A DNA stretch of 64,000 nt, from positions 1 through 64,000 of the forward strand of contig JAWLHK010000022.1 in assembly GCA_041690355.1 (NCBI GenBank), in the 5' to 3' direction. Made by a program: the position numbers and the translations under genes. This DNA is from a bacterium. GTDB lineage: Bacteria > J088 > JAWLBW01. This document shows positions 28,943-39,176 of the stretch, one piece after another. Each line of letters opens with the position of its first letter. Within the stretch, counting starts at the first letter, position 1. The notes under the pieces were generated by a model. It was not told the origin of the DNA. It worked only from the letters and a program-made list of their open reading frames with translations, and ran no database searches.

Positions 28943-30103
28943 TTATCGCCGCTCGTAGACGATTTTGCGCCTGCCCGCGGCGCAGGTCCCTACTGTCTGC
29001 AGCTCGCTCGTCGCGTCGGCAGAAAGTACCGTCAGTACGTACCGCCTGACCCCTTTGGCGTCCAGCTTTTCGGCGATTTCCCGCTGGAGCTCGGCGCAGT
29101 CCTTGACCCCGGCCGGCGCCGCCGGTGCAGAGGGGGCCGGGGCTGACGAATCAGCAGGCAGGGCGGATGGCGCGAAAACGGGCTCCTCGGCCGTCGTCGC
29201 GAGACGCCGGTAGACCTTGCGGGCTCCGCTTGCGCAGATCAGGTCGAGGTCGCCGTCGGTGACGGCCTTGATCTCATCCCGGTCGCGAAGCCCGCTCGGA
29301 ATTCGCGGATCGGACGACTGCTGGTATTCGTAGTGGAGCTTGTCTCCCTCGTGCCACCAGCGGCCGCCGAATTTCCACTCACGCGAGCCGTCGGCGTGTA
29401 CGAGCACGCCGTGGAAGCGACCGGCGGGGGTGAAGGTCATCGTCGTGGTGGCGCGCTCATCGGAGAACTGCCAGGTTCCGTGCAGCCGCGAATAGTTAAT
29501 CGATGCGGTCGACGAAGCCGCCGCGCCGCCGCGTTCGGCCCACCAGCGCCGCCAGTGCTGTACGGCCTCGCGCCGTTCTGTTGCCTGCATCTTCTGGTTT
29601 GAAACGCCTTCGTTGCGGCCGCCGGTCAGGGCCGTCAGCGCGTGGAGGGTCTCGTTGACGACGCTTTCGTCGGGATCGTCGAGCAGCGCGATGATTGACG
29701 GCAGCCGGTCGGGCTTGCCGATGCGCCCCAGCCCCCAGACGGCTTCGGTGCGAACCCAAGGGTGTTCATCCTTGAGCGCGCGCGCCAGCGCCTCGGCGAT
29801 CGCACCGCGCTCGGCGGGGTCCGCGGCGGATTTCCGGTTCAGAATCATGACGATGTTGAACCGGAACATCGGATCGGAGATGTCCCGATCGAACGCCGAG
29901 ATGAGCTCTGCGGTGTTTCCGGACTGCCCGATGAGCTCCCTCACGTTGCGGGGGAAGCGCGCGTCCCGGTAGTAGAGCTCTTCGACCCGGCTCTCGTGCA
30001 GGGTCTCGATGAGGCGCCGCGCCCCGCTCTCGGCTTCCGCGGTCGGAAGCAGAGCGAGCAGCAGGCTTGCGGCGGCAAGGAGGCAGACTGCAGGTCGGAT
30101 CAT
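28943..30103 (-). CDS. Exported HEAT-repeat protein with C-terminal DUF1161-like domain
   Basis: Signal peptide; LKDEHPWVRTEAVWGLG, LLDDPDESV; C-terminal KDCAEL..I..K...GV..Y...VGTC..G..KIVY.R. Confidence 0.7.
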   Translation of the reverse strand: MIRPAVCLLAAASLLLALLPTAEAESGARRLIETLHESRVEELYYRDARFPRNVRELIGQSGNTAELISAFDRDISDPMFRFNIVMILNRKSAADPAERGAIAEALARALKDEHPWVRTEAVWGLGRIGKPDRLPSIIALLDDPDESVVNETLHALTALTGGRNEGVSNQKMQATERREAVQHWRRWWAERGGAAASSTASINYSRLHGTWQFSDERATTTMTFTPAGRFHGVLVHADGSREWKFGGRWWHEGDKLHYEYQQSSDPRIPSGLRDRDEIKAVTDGDLDLICASGARKVYRRLATTAEEPVFAPSALPADSSAPAPSAPAAPAGVKDCAELQREIAEKLDAKGVRRYVLTVLSADATSELQTVGTCAAGRRKIVYERR

Positions 30104-30129
30104 GGGAAATTCCTTCCAGGTACGGCGGG

Positions 30130-30831
30130 TCAGCCGTAATAGGCCCAGTGCATGAACACAAGGTTGACTGCGCCGAAGAAGATGGGATCAAAGACGATGT
30201 CGAACAGGTGCCAGGCCAGAAACAAGCCCATCCACCCGACAATCGGCAGGCTGCGCAGAAAGTTCTGATAGGCCCGCCCGTGGTCGTCGGTGAGCAGGAG
30301 CGGGACCACTCCGCTCCCGTCCAAGGGGGGGATCGGGAGCAGATTGAACACGAAAAGGAGCAGATTCATGGAGAAAATCATGCTCAGAAAAATGGCGACG
30401 GATGAGCTCCAGCTCTCGGCGCCCAACGCGACGAAGCCGAATCGAACGGACTCGGGTGCCGCGAAGACGCCGAATTGCACGCCGGCCCGAAGAAGAAGAG
30501 CCGACGGAAACACGAGAAGAAGATTCGCGGCCGGGCCGGCAAGAGCCATCCATGCGGCGCGCCGCGGGTAGGTGTGCGCCCACTCGGGATTATACGGTGC
30601 GCTCGCAAAGCCGATGGGCCAGCCTGACGCAACCGAGGTGAGAATCGGAAGCACGACCATGCCGAACGGCTCCCGGCGGATGTGCGGGAGTGGATCGAGG
30701 CTCACCTGTCCGCCATGATAGGCCGTCAGGTCGCCGCCCCGCATTGCGGCCCAGGCATGGGCGGCCTCATGCAGAGTGGTCGAAAAGAGGAACACAACAT
30801 AATAGAGGAGGCCTTCGAGAACCGGGGGCAT
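30130..30831 (-). CDS. Site-2 protease (M50 family)
   Basis: HEAAH, ALAGP.AN, NLLPIPPLDG. Confidence 0.92.
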   Translation of the reverse strand: MPPVLEGLLYYVVFLFSTTLHEAAHAWAAMRGGDLTAYHGGQVSLDPLPHIRREPFGMVVLPILTSVASGWPIGFASAPYNPEWAHTYPRRAAWMALAGPAANLLLVFPSALLLRAGVQFGVFAAPESVRFGFVALGAESWSSSVAIFLSMIFSMNLLLFVFNLLPIPPLDGSGVVPLLLTDDHGRAYQNFLRSLPIVGWMGLFLAWHLFDIVFDPIFFGAVNLVFMHWAYYG

Positions 30832-30873
30832 GGATGACTCCGCTCGGCGGAGCAGAGGGCTCAGCCGGGCGGA

Positions 30874-30903
30874 AGTATACCCCAGCCATTGCACCCTTGG
30901 CAA
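30874..30903 (-). promoter_or_regulatory. Putative sigma70 promoter of the M50 gene
   Basis: TTGCCA-18-TATACT on minus. Confidence 0.5.
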
Positions 30904-30956
30904 GCATCGGTGGAAGGGACCGCCTCGGACGGCGCAGCGTTACGGGGATGGGGGGA

Positions 30957-32066
30957 TTACAGCCACCGCCGGCGGCGGAAATAGAGGAGCATGCCGGCCA
31001 TGACGGCGAGCATGACGGCCCACAGCGCAGGGTACCCCCAGCGCCAGCGGAGCTCGGGCATGTACGCGAAGTTCATGCCGTAGATGCCCGCCAGAAAGGT
31101 GAGCGGAATGAAGATGGTCGCGATGATGGTAAGCACCTTCATGACTTCGTTCATGCGGTTGCTCACGCTCGACAGGTAGATGTCGAGCACGCCCGAGATC
31201 ATGTCGCGGAAGGTCTCGACCATGTCGATGACCTGCACGATATGGTCGTGCACGTCGCGCAGGTAGGGGTGCGTCGACGGGCGGATGAGGTCGGTCTCTT
31301 CCCGCGAGAGTGCGCCGACGGCTTCGCGCAGCGGCCAGGTGGCCTTGCGCAGGTAAATCAGCTCGCGCTTCATGTTCTGGATGCGTTCGACCAGCGCCCG
31401 GTCGGGATTTTCGAGCACGTCGTGCTCGAGGGCCTCGATATGCTCCCCGATCGTCTCCAGGGCGAGGAAGTAATGGTCGACGACGATGTCGAGAATGGAG
31501 TAGGCGAGGTAGTCGGGGCCGAACCGGCGCATCTTTCCCTTGCCGTTCTCGATGCGCTCGCGCAGGGGCGCGAAAATGTCGCCGGCCCGCTCATGGAAGG
31601 TGAGGACGTAGTTCGCGCCGAGAATCAGACTGATCTGATCGGCGTGCAGCTCGGCCGTGTCCGTATCGAACCGGAGCATCTTGAGGACCAGAAACACGTG
31701 TTCGTCGGTGAGCTCGAACTTGGGGCGCTGATCCGTGTTGAGGATGTCTTCGAGAACGAGCGGATGGATGCAGTAATGCTCGCCGATCCGCTCCATCACC
31801 GTCGTGTCATGCAGACCGGCGACGTCGATCCAGGTTACCGTCGCGGTGTCCTTGAAGGGGAACGTCTCGTCGACGCTGCGCAACTCTCTGTGCGCCACGT
31901 GCTCTGCGTCGTAATCGAGCACGGAAAGACGCACCTCGCGGGCGGCGGGTTCGCCAAGATAGACGATGCTCCCCGGCGGGAGGCCGATTTTCTGCGAGCG
32001 CTTGCGCACGAACTTCTTCATGGATGGCCGGGCGCCGGACTTCGGGCGGCGTTTTTTGCGCGACAT
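30957..32066 (-). CDS. corA: Magnesium/cobalt transporter CorA
   Basis: GLPPG, HPL.LEDI..QRPK, GIYGMNF..MPEL. Confidence 0.95.
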   Translation of the reverse strand: MSRKKRRPKSGARPSMKKFVRKRSQKIGLPPGSIVYLGEPAAREVRLSVLDYDAEHVAHRELRSVDETFPFKDTATVTWIDVAGLHDTTVMERIGEHYCIHPLVLEDILNTDQRPKFELTDEHVFLVLKMLRFDTDTAELHADQISLILGANYVLTFHERAGDIFAPLRERIENGKGKMRRFGPDYLAYSILDIVVDHYFLALETIGEHIEALEHDVLENPDRALVERIQNMKRELIYLRKATWPLREAVGALSREETDLIRPSTHPYLRDVHDHIVQVIDMVETFRDMISGVLDIYLSSVSNRMNEVMKVLTIIATIFIPLTFLAGIYGMNFAYMPELRWRWGYPALWAVMLAVMAGMLLYFRRRRWL

Positions 32067-32219
32067 GCTGCTCCCTGGGGATGCTCCCCCGTGTGGGCTC
32101 ATTCTAATCCATGCGCTTCACCGGCGACAACGCTGCGGGACCGTTCGCCTTCATGAGGCGCGGCCGAAGGATTGGTATGATGACGGCATTTCACCCCTTT
32201 CCCGAAAGCAGGTGTCTGT

Positions 32220-33134
32220 GTGGAAACGCTCAAGACCATGACCTACGAACGCACCGGCCGCATCGCCCGGATTACGCTCAACCGCCCGGCGCGCGGCAAC
32301 GGCATCACCATGGACATGCCCCGCGAACTCACCGCCTGCATCGAGCGGGCCAACCTCGACCCCGAGGTTCACGTCATCGCGCTCGCGGGGAACGGGAGCG
32401 GCTTCTGCGGCGGCTACGACCTGGTCGAGAACGCCGAGGGCCTGACCGAGCCGGGCGGCAGCGGCGATCGCCCGCCCGGATCGCCGCTCGACTTCATGGT
32501 TCAGGCCGAAAACCACAGGCCCGGCGGGGCCTGGGACCCGACCATCGACTTCGCCATGATGAGCCGCAACGTGAAGGGGTTCATGAGTCTCTTCCACAGC
32601 GAAAAGCCGGTCGTCTGCAAGGTGCACGGCTTCTGCGTGGCGGGCGGTACGGATATGGCGCTCTGCTCTGACCTGCTCGTCATCGCCGACGATGCGAAAA
32701 TCGGCTATCCCCCGGCACGCGTCTGGGGCTCGCCCACGACTTCCATGTGGTTTTATCGTCTGGGGCTCGAGAAGGCAAAGCGCCTGCTGTTCACCGGCGA
32801 CTGCCTTTCGGGGAAGGAAGCGAAGGAGTGGGGGCTCGCCATCGAATCGGCGCCGGCGGCGGAACTGGATGAGCGCTTTGAAACTCTGCTGGAACGCATC
32901 GCGCGGATGCCGATCAACCAGCTCGTGCTCATGAAGCTGCTGCTCAATCAGACCCTGATGGCGCAGGGGCTGCACACGACGCAGATCCTGGGGACGTTCT
33001 TCGACGGCATCACGCGCCACACGAAGGAGGGCTACGCTTTTCAGCAGCGCTCCATGGAAGTCGGCTTCAAGCAGGCCGTGCGCGAGCGCGACGAGCCGTT
33101 CGGCGACTTCGGCCTCTCGACGTTCAAGGGGTGA
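32220..33134 (+). CDS. Enoyl-CoA hydratase/crotonase family protein
   Basis: ITLNRP, FCGGYDL, KPVVCKVHG..AGG. Confidence 0.92.
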   Translation: METLKTMTYERTGRIARITLNRPARGNGITMDMPRELTACIERANLDPEVHVIALAGNGSGFCGGYDLVENAEGLTEPGGSGDRPPGSPLDFMVQAENHRPGGAWDPTIDFAMMSRNVKGFMSLFHSEKPVVCKVHGFCVAGGTDMALCSDLLVIADDAKIGYPPARVWGSPTTSMWFYRLGLEKAKRLLFTGDCLSGKEAKEWGLAIESAPAAELDERFETLLERIARMPINQLVLMKLLLNQTLMAQGLHTTQILGTFFDGITRHTKEGYAFQQRSMEVGFKQAVRERDEPFGDFGLSTFKG

Positions 33135-33140
33135 GCGGCG

Positions 33141-33860
33141 TCAGAATACGTAGCCGATGGCGAGGCGCGCCATCGGCAGGTACAGGCTGTCTTCGATGCG
33201 TTCGTCGGCCGCCTGTTCAACCTGGTTCCCGAACGCCGTGACGGCCCCGGGTGCGCTGGGGGTGAACTGCGGCTCGATCCGGGTCGACGACGTCAGGGCG
33301 AACGAGCCGCCGAGTCCGGCGCGCACGGTCAGATGCTCCCACCACACCCAGCGCCAGCCGAGTTCGGCGTCGAGCATGGCGATACGGTTTTTGATTTCGA
33401 ACGGGAGGTTGGCCGCATCGATTTCCGCCGGAACCGCCACTCCCGTCAACGCCTCGAGTACGCGCGCCGGGGTGCTCGTGCCGCCCAGGGTCAGCAGCGT
33501 CCATCCGCCCAGAACGTAGAAGCCCCGGCCGGCAAAGGGCCGCCAGCCCATCTGGCTGCGCCAGACGAGCGAGTCGTCGACGACCGCCTCGATGAGATCG
33601 GCATCCGGCCGGTCGAGGATGCCCAGGCCCACCGCCGCGTTCATGGACGTCGCCAGGTAGCCGGTGGGCCACCAGCCGAGCGTCTGGGCAAGGATGATGC
33701 GCCCGGGCGACTCCAGGGCGAGCGTGCCCCCCACGAGGCTCATCAGGTCGGTCTGCGCCTCGACCGAGAATTGCCATCCGTCGTCGGCCCGTGCGGGGGC
33801 CGCACCGGCGACCAACGCTGCGAGGACCCATGCGGCCGCCATTCGAAGCTCCAGCTTCAT
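33141..33860 (-). CDS. Putative outer-membrane beta-barrel protein
   Basis: Signal ARA|D; amphipathic strands; C-terminal IGYVF. Confidence 0.65.
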   Translation of the reverse strand: MKLELRMAAAWVLAALVAGAAPARADDGWQFSVEAQTDLMSLVGGTLALESPGRIILAQTLGWWPTGYLATSMNAAVGLGILDRPDADLIEAVVDDSLVWRSQMGWRPFAGRGFYVLGGWTLLTLGGTSTPARVLEALTGVAVPAEIDAANLPFEIKNRIAMLDAELGWRWVWWEHLTVRAGLGGSFALTSSTRIEPQFTPSAPGAVTAFGNQVEQAADERIEDSLYLPMARLAIGYVF

Positions 33861-34090
33861 GAGAGTCTCCAGGGAAAGAGCGTGTACCCCTGCTTCCATT
33901 CTTGCGCGATTTTCATCCGTTTCGATCGCTCTTCAACCGGTTGGCATCCGACCTGTGGACATGTCCGATCGCCGCGCCAAACAGCGCTCACTGGAGGCGC
34001 CGCCCGCCCGCCGGACGGGCGCGGTCGCGCAGGCGCCGCGCCGACCGGAGAATGGCGGGAGAATGGCCGGGGAGCAGGGAGAGGAGAGGG

Positions 34091-35275
34091 ATGCCACGCG
34101 CCGCGCCCATCGATCACGCATTCGACCTCGAGCACGGCGATGCGTTCTATCGCCTGCTTCGGCGCCTGCGCCTCGTGCAACGCGAACCCTCGACCCGCCG
34201 GCGGATTCTCGTGCTGCTGGCGCTCACCTGGCTCCCGCTTTTCGTGCTCGCCCTCGCATCCGGACATGCGTTCGGGCCGTCACCGGGCGAGAGTTTTCTG
34301 CTCGACTACAATGCGCAGGCGCGCTTCTGGATTGCGCTGCCCCTGCTGGTGCTCGCCGAGCGGCCAATCGGGCAGCGTATGCGTACGGCGGCCCATCACT
34401 TTCTCGACGCCGGCCTGGTTCGCCCCGAACAGCGCTCGGCTTTTGCCGCCTACGTCAATCGCTTTCTCCGGCGCAACCGATCGGTTCGGGCAGAGGTCGT
34501 CCTCCTTCTGCTCGCGTTTCTGTTCTCCTGGTTCGCGCTCGGTGACCTTCTCGCCGAGGGGGCGCGTGTGAACGGCACCTGGCATCATGGGGCCGACGGC
34601 CGCCTGACGGTTCCCGGGCTATGGTACCGGCTCGCCGCGATGCCGCTCTTTCTCTTTCTCTTCCTGCGCTGGGTCTGGCGGCTGGGGGCGTGGGTGGCCT
34701 TCCTCTTCCGCATGTCGCGGCTGCATCTGCACGTCATGCCCGCGCATCCGGACGGCGCCGGCGGCCTCGGTTTTCTCCCCCTTGCGCACCAGAGCTGGGG
34801 CGACATCGCATTGGCCGGTTCAGCCATTCTCAGCGGGGCGTTCGTAACGCGCGTCGCGTACGGCGACGGCGATGTCTCGGTCATCGGCTCTGCCATCGTC
34901 GCCTATCTCGTCGTTGCCGAAGCGCTCATCTTTCTGCCGCTCCTGCTTTTTACGCCGATGCTCGCCCGGGGGCGCCGCGAGGGGCTTCTGCGCTACGGCG
35001 GGCTCGCGAACCGGTACCAGGGGGCGTTCGAGAGTAAATGGATCGACCGTGCGCACGGTGAAACCGAAGCGCTGCTCGGTACGTCCGATATCCAGTCGCT
35101 GGCCGATCTGGGCAACAGCTATCATTTCGCGCGCGACTTGATCCCCATCCCGCTCGGACGGCGCCACCTTGCGGCCGTGGCGATCAAGATCGTCATCCCC
35201 TTTCTCCCGCTGTTCTTCGTGCTCTACCGTATCGAAGACATCCTGCGCCTCGTCGGGCGGATCCTCCTGCGGTGA
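34091..35275 (+). CDS. Hypothetical multi-pass membrane protein
   Basis: TM helices; P.HPDG.GGLGF, DIQSLADL motifs; SD GGAGAGG. Confidence 0.75.
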   Translation: MPRAAPIDHAFDLEHGDAFYRLLRRLRLVQREPSTRRRILVLLALTWLPLFVLALASGHAFGPSPGESFLLDYNAQARFWIALPLLVLAERPIGQRMRTAAHHFLDAGLVRPEQRSAFAAYVNRFLRRNRSVRAEVVLLLLAFLFSWFALGDLLAEGARVNGTWHHGADGRLTVPGLWYRLAAMPLFLFLFLRWVWRLGAWVAFLFRMSRLHLHVMPAHPDGAGGLGFLPLAHQSWGDIALAGSAILSGAFVTRVAYGDGDVSVIGSAIVAYLVVAEALIFLPLLLFTPMLARGRREGLLRYGGLANRYQGAFESKWIDRAHGETEALLGTSDIQSLADLGNSYHFARDLIPIPLGRRHLAAVAIKIVIPFLPLFFVLYRIEDILRLVGRILLR

Positions 35276-35366
35276 ACGGGGCACCAGGCTTCCTTCGCGT
35301 ACTTCGCAGGCGGCGGAACATCGGCTTGCGAACGGCTCTCCGCGTACAGGACGTCGCGGGCGGGGC

Positions 35367-36074
35367 TCAGGACGGAGTCACCGGCGGGGGCGGGGGCCGA
35401 TCCGCATCGGCCTGTACGGGACTTGCCACCCAGACCGGCACGCCGAGAAATTCGCCGAGGGTGCGGGCCGATTCGTCGATGCTCTCCCGGCTGCCATGGT
35501 CCATGACGTTGAGCCGTTCGCCATCGGGGAACACGAGGTTCAGCTCGTAGCTGGTGTAGCTGCGCGAGCTGCCGTTGCGCGAGCTGGAGCTCACCTGTTC
35601 GCTCAGGATCTGCAATGCATGGATGTCGCTGAGCACCCCTTGCCGGGTGCGCTCCGGCGCGCGGTCAGGAGCCGCTGCTTTCCCGCGGTAGTAGGACCCC
35701 AGGACGCGATCGAAGGTGAGTGGTCGTCCCGCCGCCAGGATCAGGATGCCGACGCCGCCGAAGATGCCGCCCCACAGGACGAAGAAGAGGCCTGTCAGCG
35801 GCGCGTTGCGGAAGAAAATCTGATACGGCGCGCCGACGAGAGCGGCGCCCAGCCCGGGACCGGCGAAGGCGAGCGCGAAGAGGACCAGACCGGCGGTGCG
35901 CCGGACCCGGATCCGATCTTGCGTAACCTGGAGGCGGTGGGTCTTGAAGCTGGCGCCGCCCCCTTTCAGAGGAGCCCAGCTCGTTTTCTGCGCGACCGGC
36001 TCTTCCCGGTACGCAACCGGGATCTCTGCAGAAGGGCCCTCGCTACCCGAGACCGTTCCCATCGGCCCTCTCAT
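35367..36074 (-). CDS. Hypothetical membrane protein
   Basis: 2 TM helices; GGASFKTH, YELNLV..G.R.N..DHG. Confidence 0.7.
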   Translation of the reverse strand: MRGPMGTVSGSEGPSAEIPVAYREEPVAQKTSWAPLKGGGASFKTHRLQVTQDRIRVRRTAGLVLFALAFAGPGLGAALVGAPYQIFFRNAPLTGLFFVLWGGIFGGVGILILAAGRPLTFDRVLGSYYRGKAAAPDRAPERTRQGVLSDIHALQILSEQVSSSSRNGSSRSYTSYELNLVFPDGERLNVMDHGSRESIDESARTLGEFLGVPVWVASPVQADADRPPPPPVTPS

Positions 36075-36079
36075 GCCGC

Positions 36080-36847
36080 TCACCGGGCCCTGGCCGCCCC
36101 CAGCATCGACGCGCCATTGGGAAGCCGGCGGAAAAGGCGGTAATCGAGCGTCATGAGGCGTTCCCGCTGCGTCTTCAGAAGACGGCGGGGCGGCGCGTAC
36201 GTGCAGAGGAACGAGAACAGGTGCGAACGGAAGCGGAACTGCGGCGCCTCGAAGCCGGAACGCTGAAGCACTTCGGCGATCTCCCGGCTGCGCAGGCGGC
36301 GCAGATGGGTCGGGTCTTCCCAGCTCCAGCGCCGGTAGCCTTCGTGGGTCGGTTCAATCCTGCCCGCGAGTTTCGACAGGGCATGCTCGATCGAGAATTC
36401 GTTCGCGCAGGGGGTCGTCCACAGGAACGTTCCCCCGGGCTTGAGCAGACGCCGGATGTCACCCAGGTAGCCCGCGAGATCTTCGACGTGTTCCATGACT
36501 TCGACGCTGGCGACGACGTCGAACGTGTGATCGTCGAAGCCGGCGCGCCCGTTTTCGATCAGCGCGTATTTTTCCGCATGGGCCGGGAAGCGTGCGCGGA
36601 ATTTGTCCTGCGCTACCGAGCTGATGTCGCAGAACGACAGTTCGGCCGAGGGAAAGATTTTGTCCCAGAGGCCCACGTGCAGGCCGACTCCGGCGCCGTA
36701 ATCGAGCACGCGGCGGGCGCCGTTGAGGGCGAGCACGTCGGTCGCGAAATGCTCGAGGGCCTCCCAGCGCGCGACCTCGTGGCCGGAAAGTTCGTGCCGG
36801 TAATCGCCGGCGTAGCGCTGATCGTAGACGTCCTTCAGCGGTTGCAT
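36080..36847 (-). CDS. Class I SAM-dependent methyltransferase
   Basis: VLDYGAGVG, FDVV..EVMEHV, LLKPGG. Confidence 0.9.
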   Translation of the reverse strand: MQPLKDVYDQRYAGDYRHELSGHEVARWEALEHFATDVLALNGARRVLDYGAGVGLHVGLWDKIFPSAELSFCDISSVAQDKFRARFPAHAEKYALIENGRAGFDDHTFDVVASVEVMEHVEDLAGYLGDIRRLLKPGGTFLWTTPCANEFSIEHALSKLAGRIEPTHEGYRRWSWEDPTHLRRLRSREIAEVLQRSGFEAPQFRFRSHLFSFLCTYAPPRRLLKTQRERLMTLDYRLFRRLPNGASMLGAARAR

Positions 36848-36968
36848 GGAAATACTCCGTTCCACCGGCGCCCGTTCGGCGGCCGATGGGATCGGGAACA
36901 GCCTATCAGATTCCGATGCGGATTGCCGACGGCGTGCGCCCCCGATCGCCATCGCGTATCATGTCGGG

Positions 36969-37607
36969 ATGCCCCGCCGCCGCCCCGAAGAGACAGCGCC
37001 GTATCACCACGGCAACGTGCCCGCCGCCGTCGTTGAGGCGGCCCTCGAGCTCATCGAGGAACAGGGGGTCGAGGCGTTCACCCTGCGCGAGGCGGCGCGG
37101 CGCATCGGCGTCACGCATGCGGCCGTCTATCGCCACTATGCCGACAAGCGGGCCCTGCTGGCCGCCATTGCCGAAACCGGATTCCACCAGCTTGCCGACG
37201 GGATGGAGCGCAGCGTGGCCCGCGTGGGCGACGACCCGCTTCTTCGCCTCGAGGCCATCCTCGTCGCCTATCTCCGGTTCGCGCTCGAAAACCAGGCGCG
37301 CTACCTGGTGATGTTCGGCCCGCGACTGAACGCCGACGGGAAATTCCCCCAACTGGAAGAGGCCGTCATGCGGGCGCTGCGCGCGCTGCGAGAGCCCATT
37401 GACCGCGGCCTTCGCGAGGGACTCATCGCCGGCCGCGACGCGCGCACCGTCGGCTTTTCGGCATGGTCCCTGTCCCATGGGTACGCCATGCTGCTCCTGA
37501 ACGGGCGCATCTATACCAAGGGTCCGAAGGAAAGCGAAAAGTTCTTCCGGGAGCTTGTCCGGCCGCTGCTGGCCGGTCTGGCGGCCACCGGGAAACGCGG
37601 CCGCTGA
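36969..37607 (+). CDS. TetR family regulator (WHG-type C-terminus)
   Basis: YHHG, TLRE.ARR.GV...A.YRH, WSLSHG. Confidence 0.92.
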   Translation: MPRRRPEETAPYHHGNVPAAVVEAALELIEEQGVEAFTLREAARRIGVTHAAVYRHYADKRALLAAIAETGFHQLADGMERSVARVGDDPLLRLEAILVAYLRFALENQARYLVMFGPRLNADGKFPQLEEAVMRALRALREPIDRGLREGLIAGRDARTVGFSAWSLSHGYAMLLLNGRIYTKGPKESEKFFRELVRPLLAGLAATGKRGR

Positions 37608-37639
37608 TTCCACCCCCAAATGGTTCGGAATGCTTCCGC

Positions 37640-37703
37640 TTGACGGAAGGCCGTTTTCTGTGGCTTAATGTAACCAGTGGTTACAAAGTGTCCGAAGGTT
37701 ACA
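37640..37703 (+). promoter_or_regulatory. Promoter and TetR operator upstream of hydrolase operon
   Basis: TTGACG at 37640, CTTAAT -10; palindrome TGTAACCA-G-TGGTTACA 37669-37685; second GGTTACA half-site. Confidence 0.72.
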
Positions 37704-37751
37704 TGGGCGCGGAGTCGCTCATCCCCTGCCGGACCGAACAAGGAGGAAACG

Positions 37752-38603
37752 ATGAGCGAACCGTGCATCCTTCAGGCCGCCGACGGGTATCCGCTGGCCG
37801 CCAGCTTCTTTCGACCCGCGGCCGGGCGCGAGAAGGCGATCGTGATCGTCAACGGCGCCACCGGCGTCCGCCGCCGCTTCTACGATCGCTTCGCCCTCTA
37901 CCTGGCCGATCGGGGCTTTCTGACGGTGACCTACGATTACCGCGGCATCGGCGATTCCCGGTTGAACACGTTGAACCTTCCGCTGACGATGGAGGCGTGG
38001 GGGAGCCGCGATTTCGACGGCGTGCTCCGCTTCGTGCATGGGCTGCGCAGCGACCTGCCGATCTTCGTCGTCGGCCACAGCGTGGGCGGGCAGATCGTCG
38101 GCCTGGCGGAACATAACTGGATCGTGGACGGTGCCGTAGCCGTTGGCGCCCAGAGCGGCTACTGGAGGCACTGGCCCGTACGCGCACAGCGGCGCATGGC
38201 CTTCAACTGGCACGTGATGATTCCGGCCCTGGTTACGCTGTTCGGCGAACTCCCCGGCTGGGCCGGGACGGGGCAGCCGCTCCCTGCGGGCGTGGCCCGG
38301 CAATGGGCGCGCTGGTGCCGGCACCCGGACTTTCTCTTCGGCGAGGATCCCGCGCGGCGTCGGGGATTCGAGCAGATCTCGATTCCCATGCTTGTCCTCG
38401 GTATGGATGCGGATCCCTATGCCCCCCCGGCGGCGGTCGACGCCTTTGCGCGCTTTTACCCGCGTGCGACGGTCGACCGGCGCCACCTGAACGACCCGCG
38501 TCTCGGCCATTTCGACTTCTTCAGGCCGCAGCAGGAGGCGCTCTGGGGCGAAGTGGATCACTGGTTCCGCGGCCTGCTTTCGGCGCGAGCGGAGGCCGCA
38601 TGA
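37752..38603 (+). CDS. Alpha/beta-fold hydrolase
   Basis: YDYRGIG.S, GHSVGG, D, GH; SD AGGAGG. Confidence 0.9.
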   Translation: MSEPCILQAADGYPLAASFFRPAAGREKAIVIVNGATGVRRRFYDRFALYLADRGFLTVTYDYRGIGDSRLNTLNLPLTMEAWGSRDFDGVLRFVHGLRSDLPIFVVGHSVGGQIVGLAEHNWIVDGAVAVGAQSGYWRHWPVRAQRRMAFNWHVMIPALVTLFGELPGWAGTGQPLPAGVARQWARWCRHPDFLFGEDPARRRGFEQISIPMLVLGMDADPYAPPAAVDAFARFYPRATVDRRHLNDPRLGHFDFFRPQQEALWGEVDHWFRGLLSARAEAA

Positions 38604-39094
38604 ATACCGGAGCTCTGCGCCGGCTGTGGAGCCGGCTTTCCGCATTCTCCCTGGGGAGGCGGATCTTCAGCCGCCTGATCGGCTTCGCCGTTCCCTATGC
38701 GGCCACGATTGGCGCGCGTATCGAGACCCTTGCGCCCGGCGAGGCGAAAGTCGCGCTCGCCGACCGGCGGGCCGTGCGCAACCATCTCGGCTCGATTCAC
38801 GCCATGGCCCTGGGGAATCTGGCGGAACTCACGGCCAATGCCGTCGTGCTCTTCAGCCTTCCGCAACACATGCGGATGATCGTCACCGATTTCACCATCC
38901 GCTTCCACCGCAAGGCGCGCGGGCGGATGACGGCGACGTGCCGCGCGCCGTTCCTCATCGATCCCGCCCCGGGCGACCACGTGCTCGAGGTCGAGATCCA
39001 TGACGCGCGGGGAACGCTGGTGGCCGCCGCGCGTCAGACGTGCAGGGTGGGGCTCGTCCGCTCCGAGGCAGAGATGGCTGCCGGGACCGGGTAA
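38600..39094 (+). CDS. Hotdog-fold thioesterase (DUF4442/PaaI-like)
   Basis: PY, VRNHLGSIHAMAL.N.AE. Confidence 0.85.
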   Translation: MNTGALRRLWSRLSAFSLGRRIFSRLIGFAVPYAATIGARIETLAPGEAKVALADRRAVRNHLGSIHAMALGNLAELTANAVVLFSLPQHMRMIVTDFTIRFHRKARGRMTATCRAPFLIDPAPGDHVLEVEIHDARGTLVAAARQTCRVGLVRSEAEMAAGTG

Positions 39095-39176
39095 TCGATG
39101 CGGAAAGCGGCCCGGCCGGACTTGAACCGGCCCGGCCGGGCAGGGCCGGGCTGGCGAACGCCCGGGCGACGGCCCC

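Noticed and set aside
30895-30904. CTTGGCAAG as another junction motif
   Set aside because: No adjacent array; better explained as the -35 (TTGCCA) of the M50 gene. This also cautions that isolated GCAAG hits are not diagnostic.
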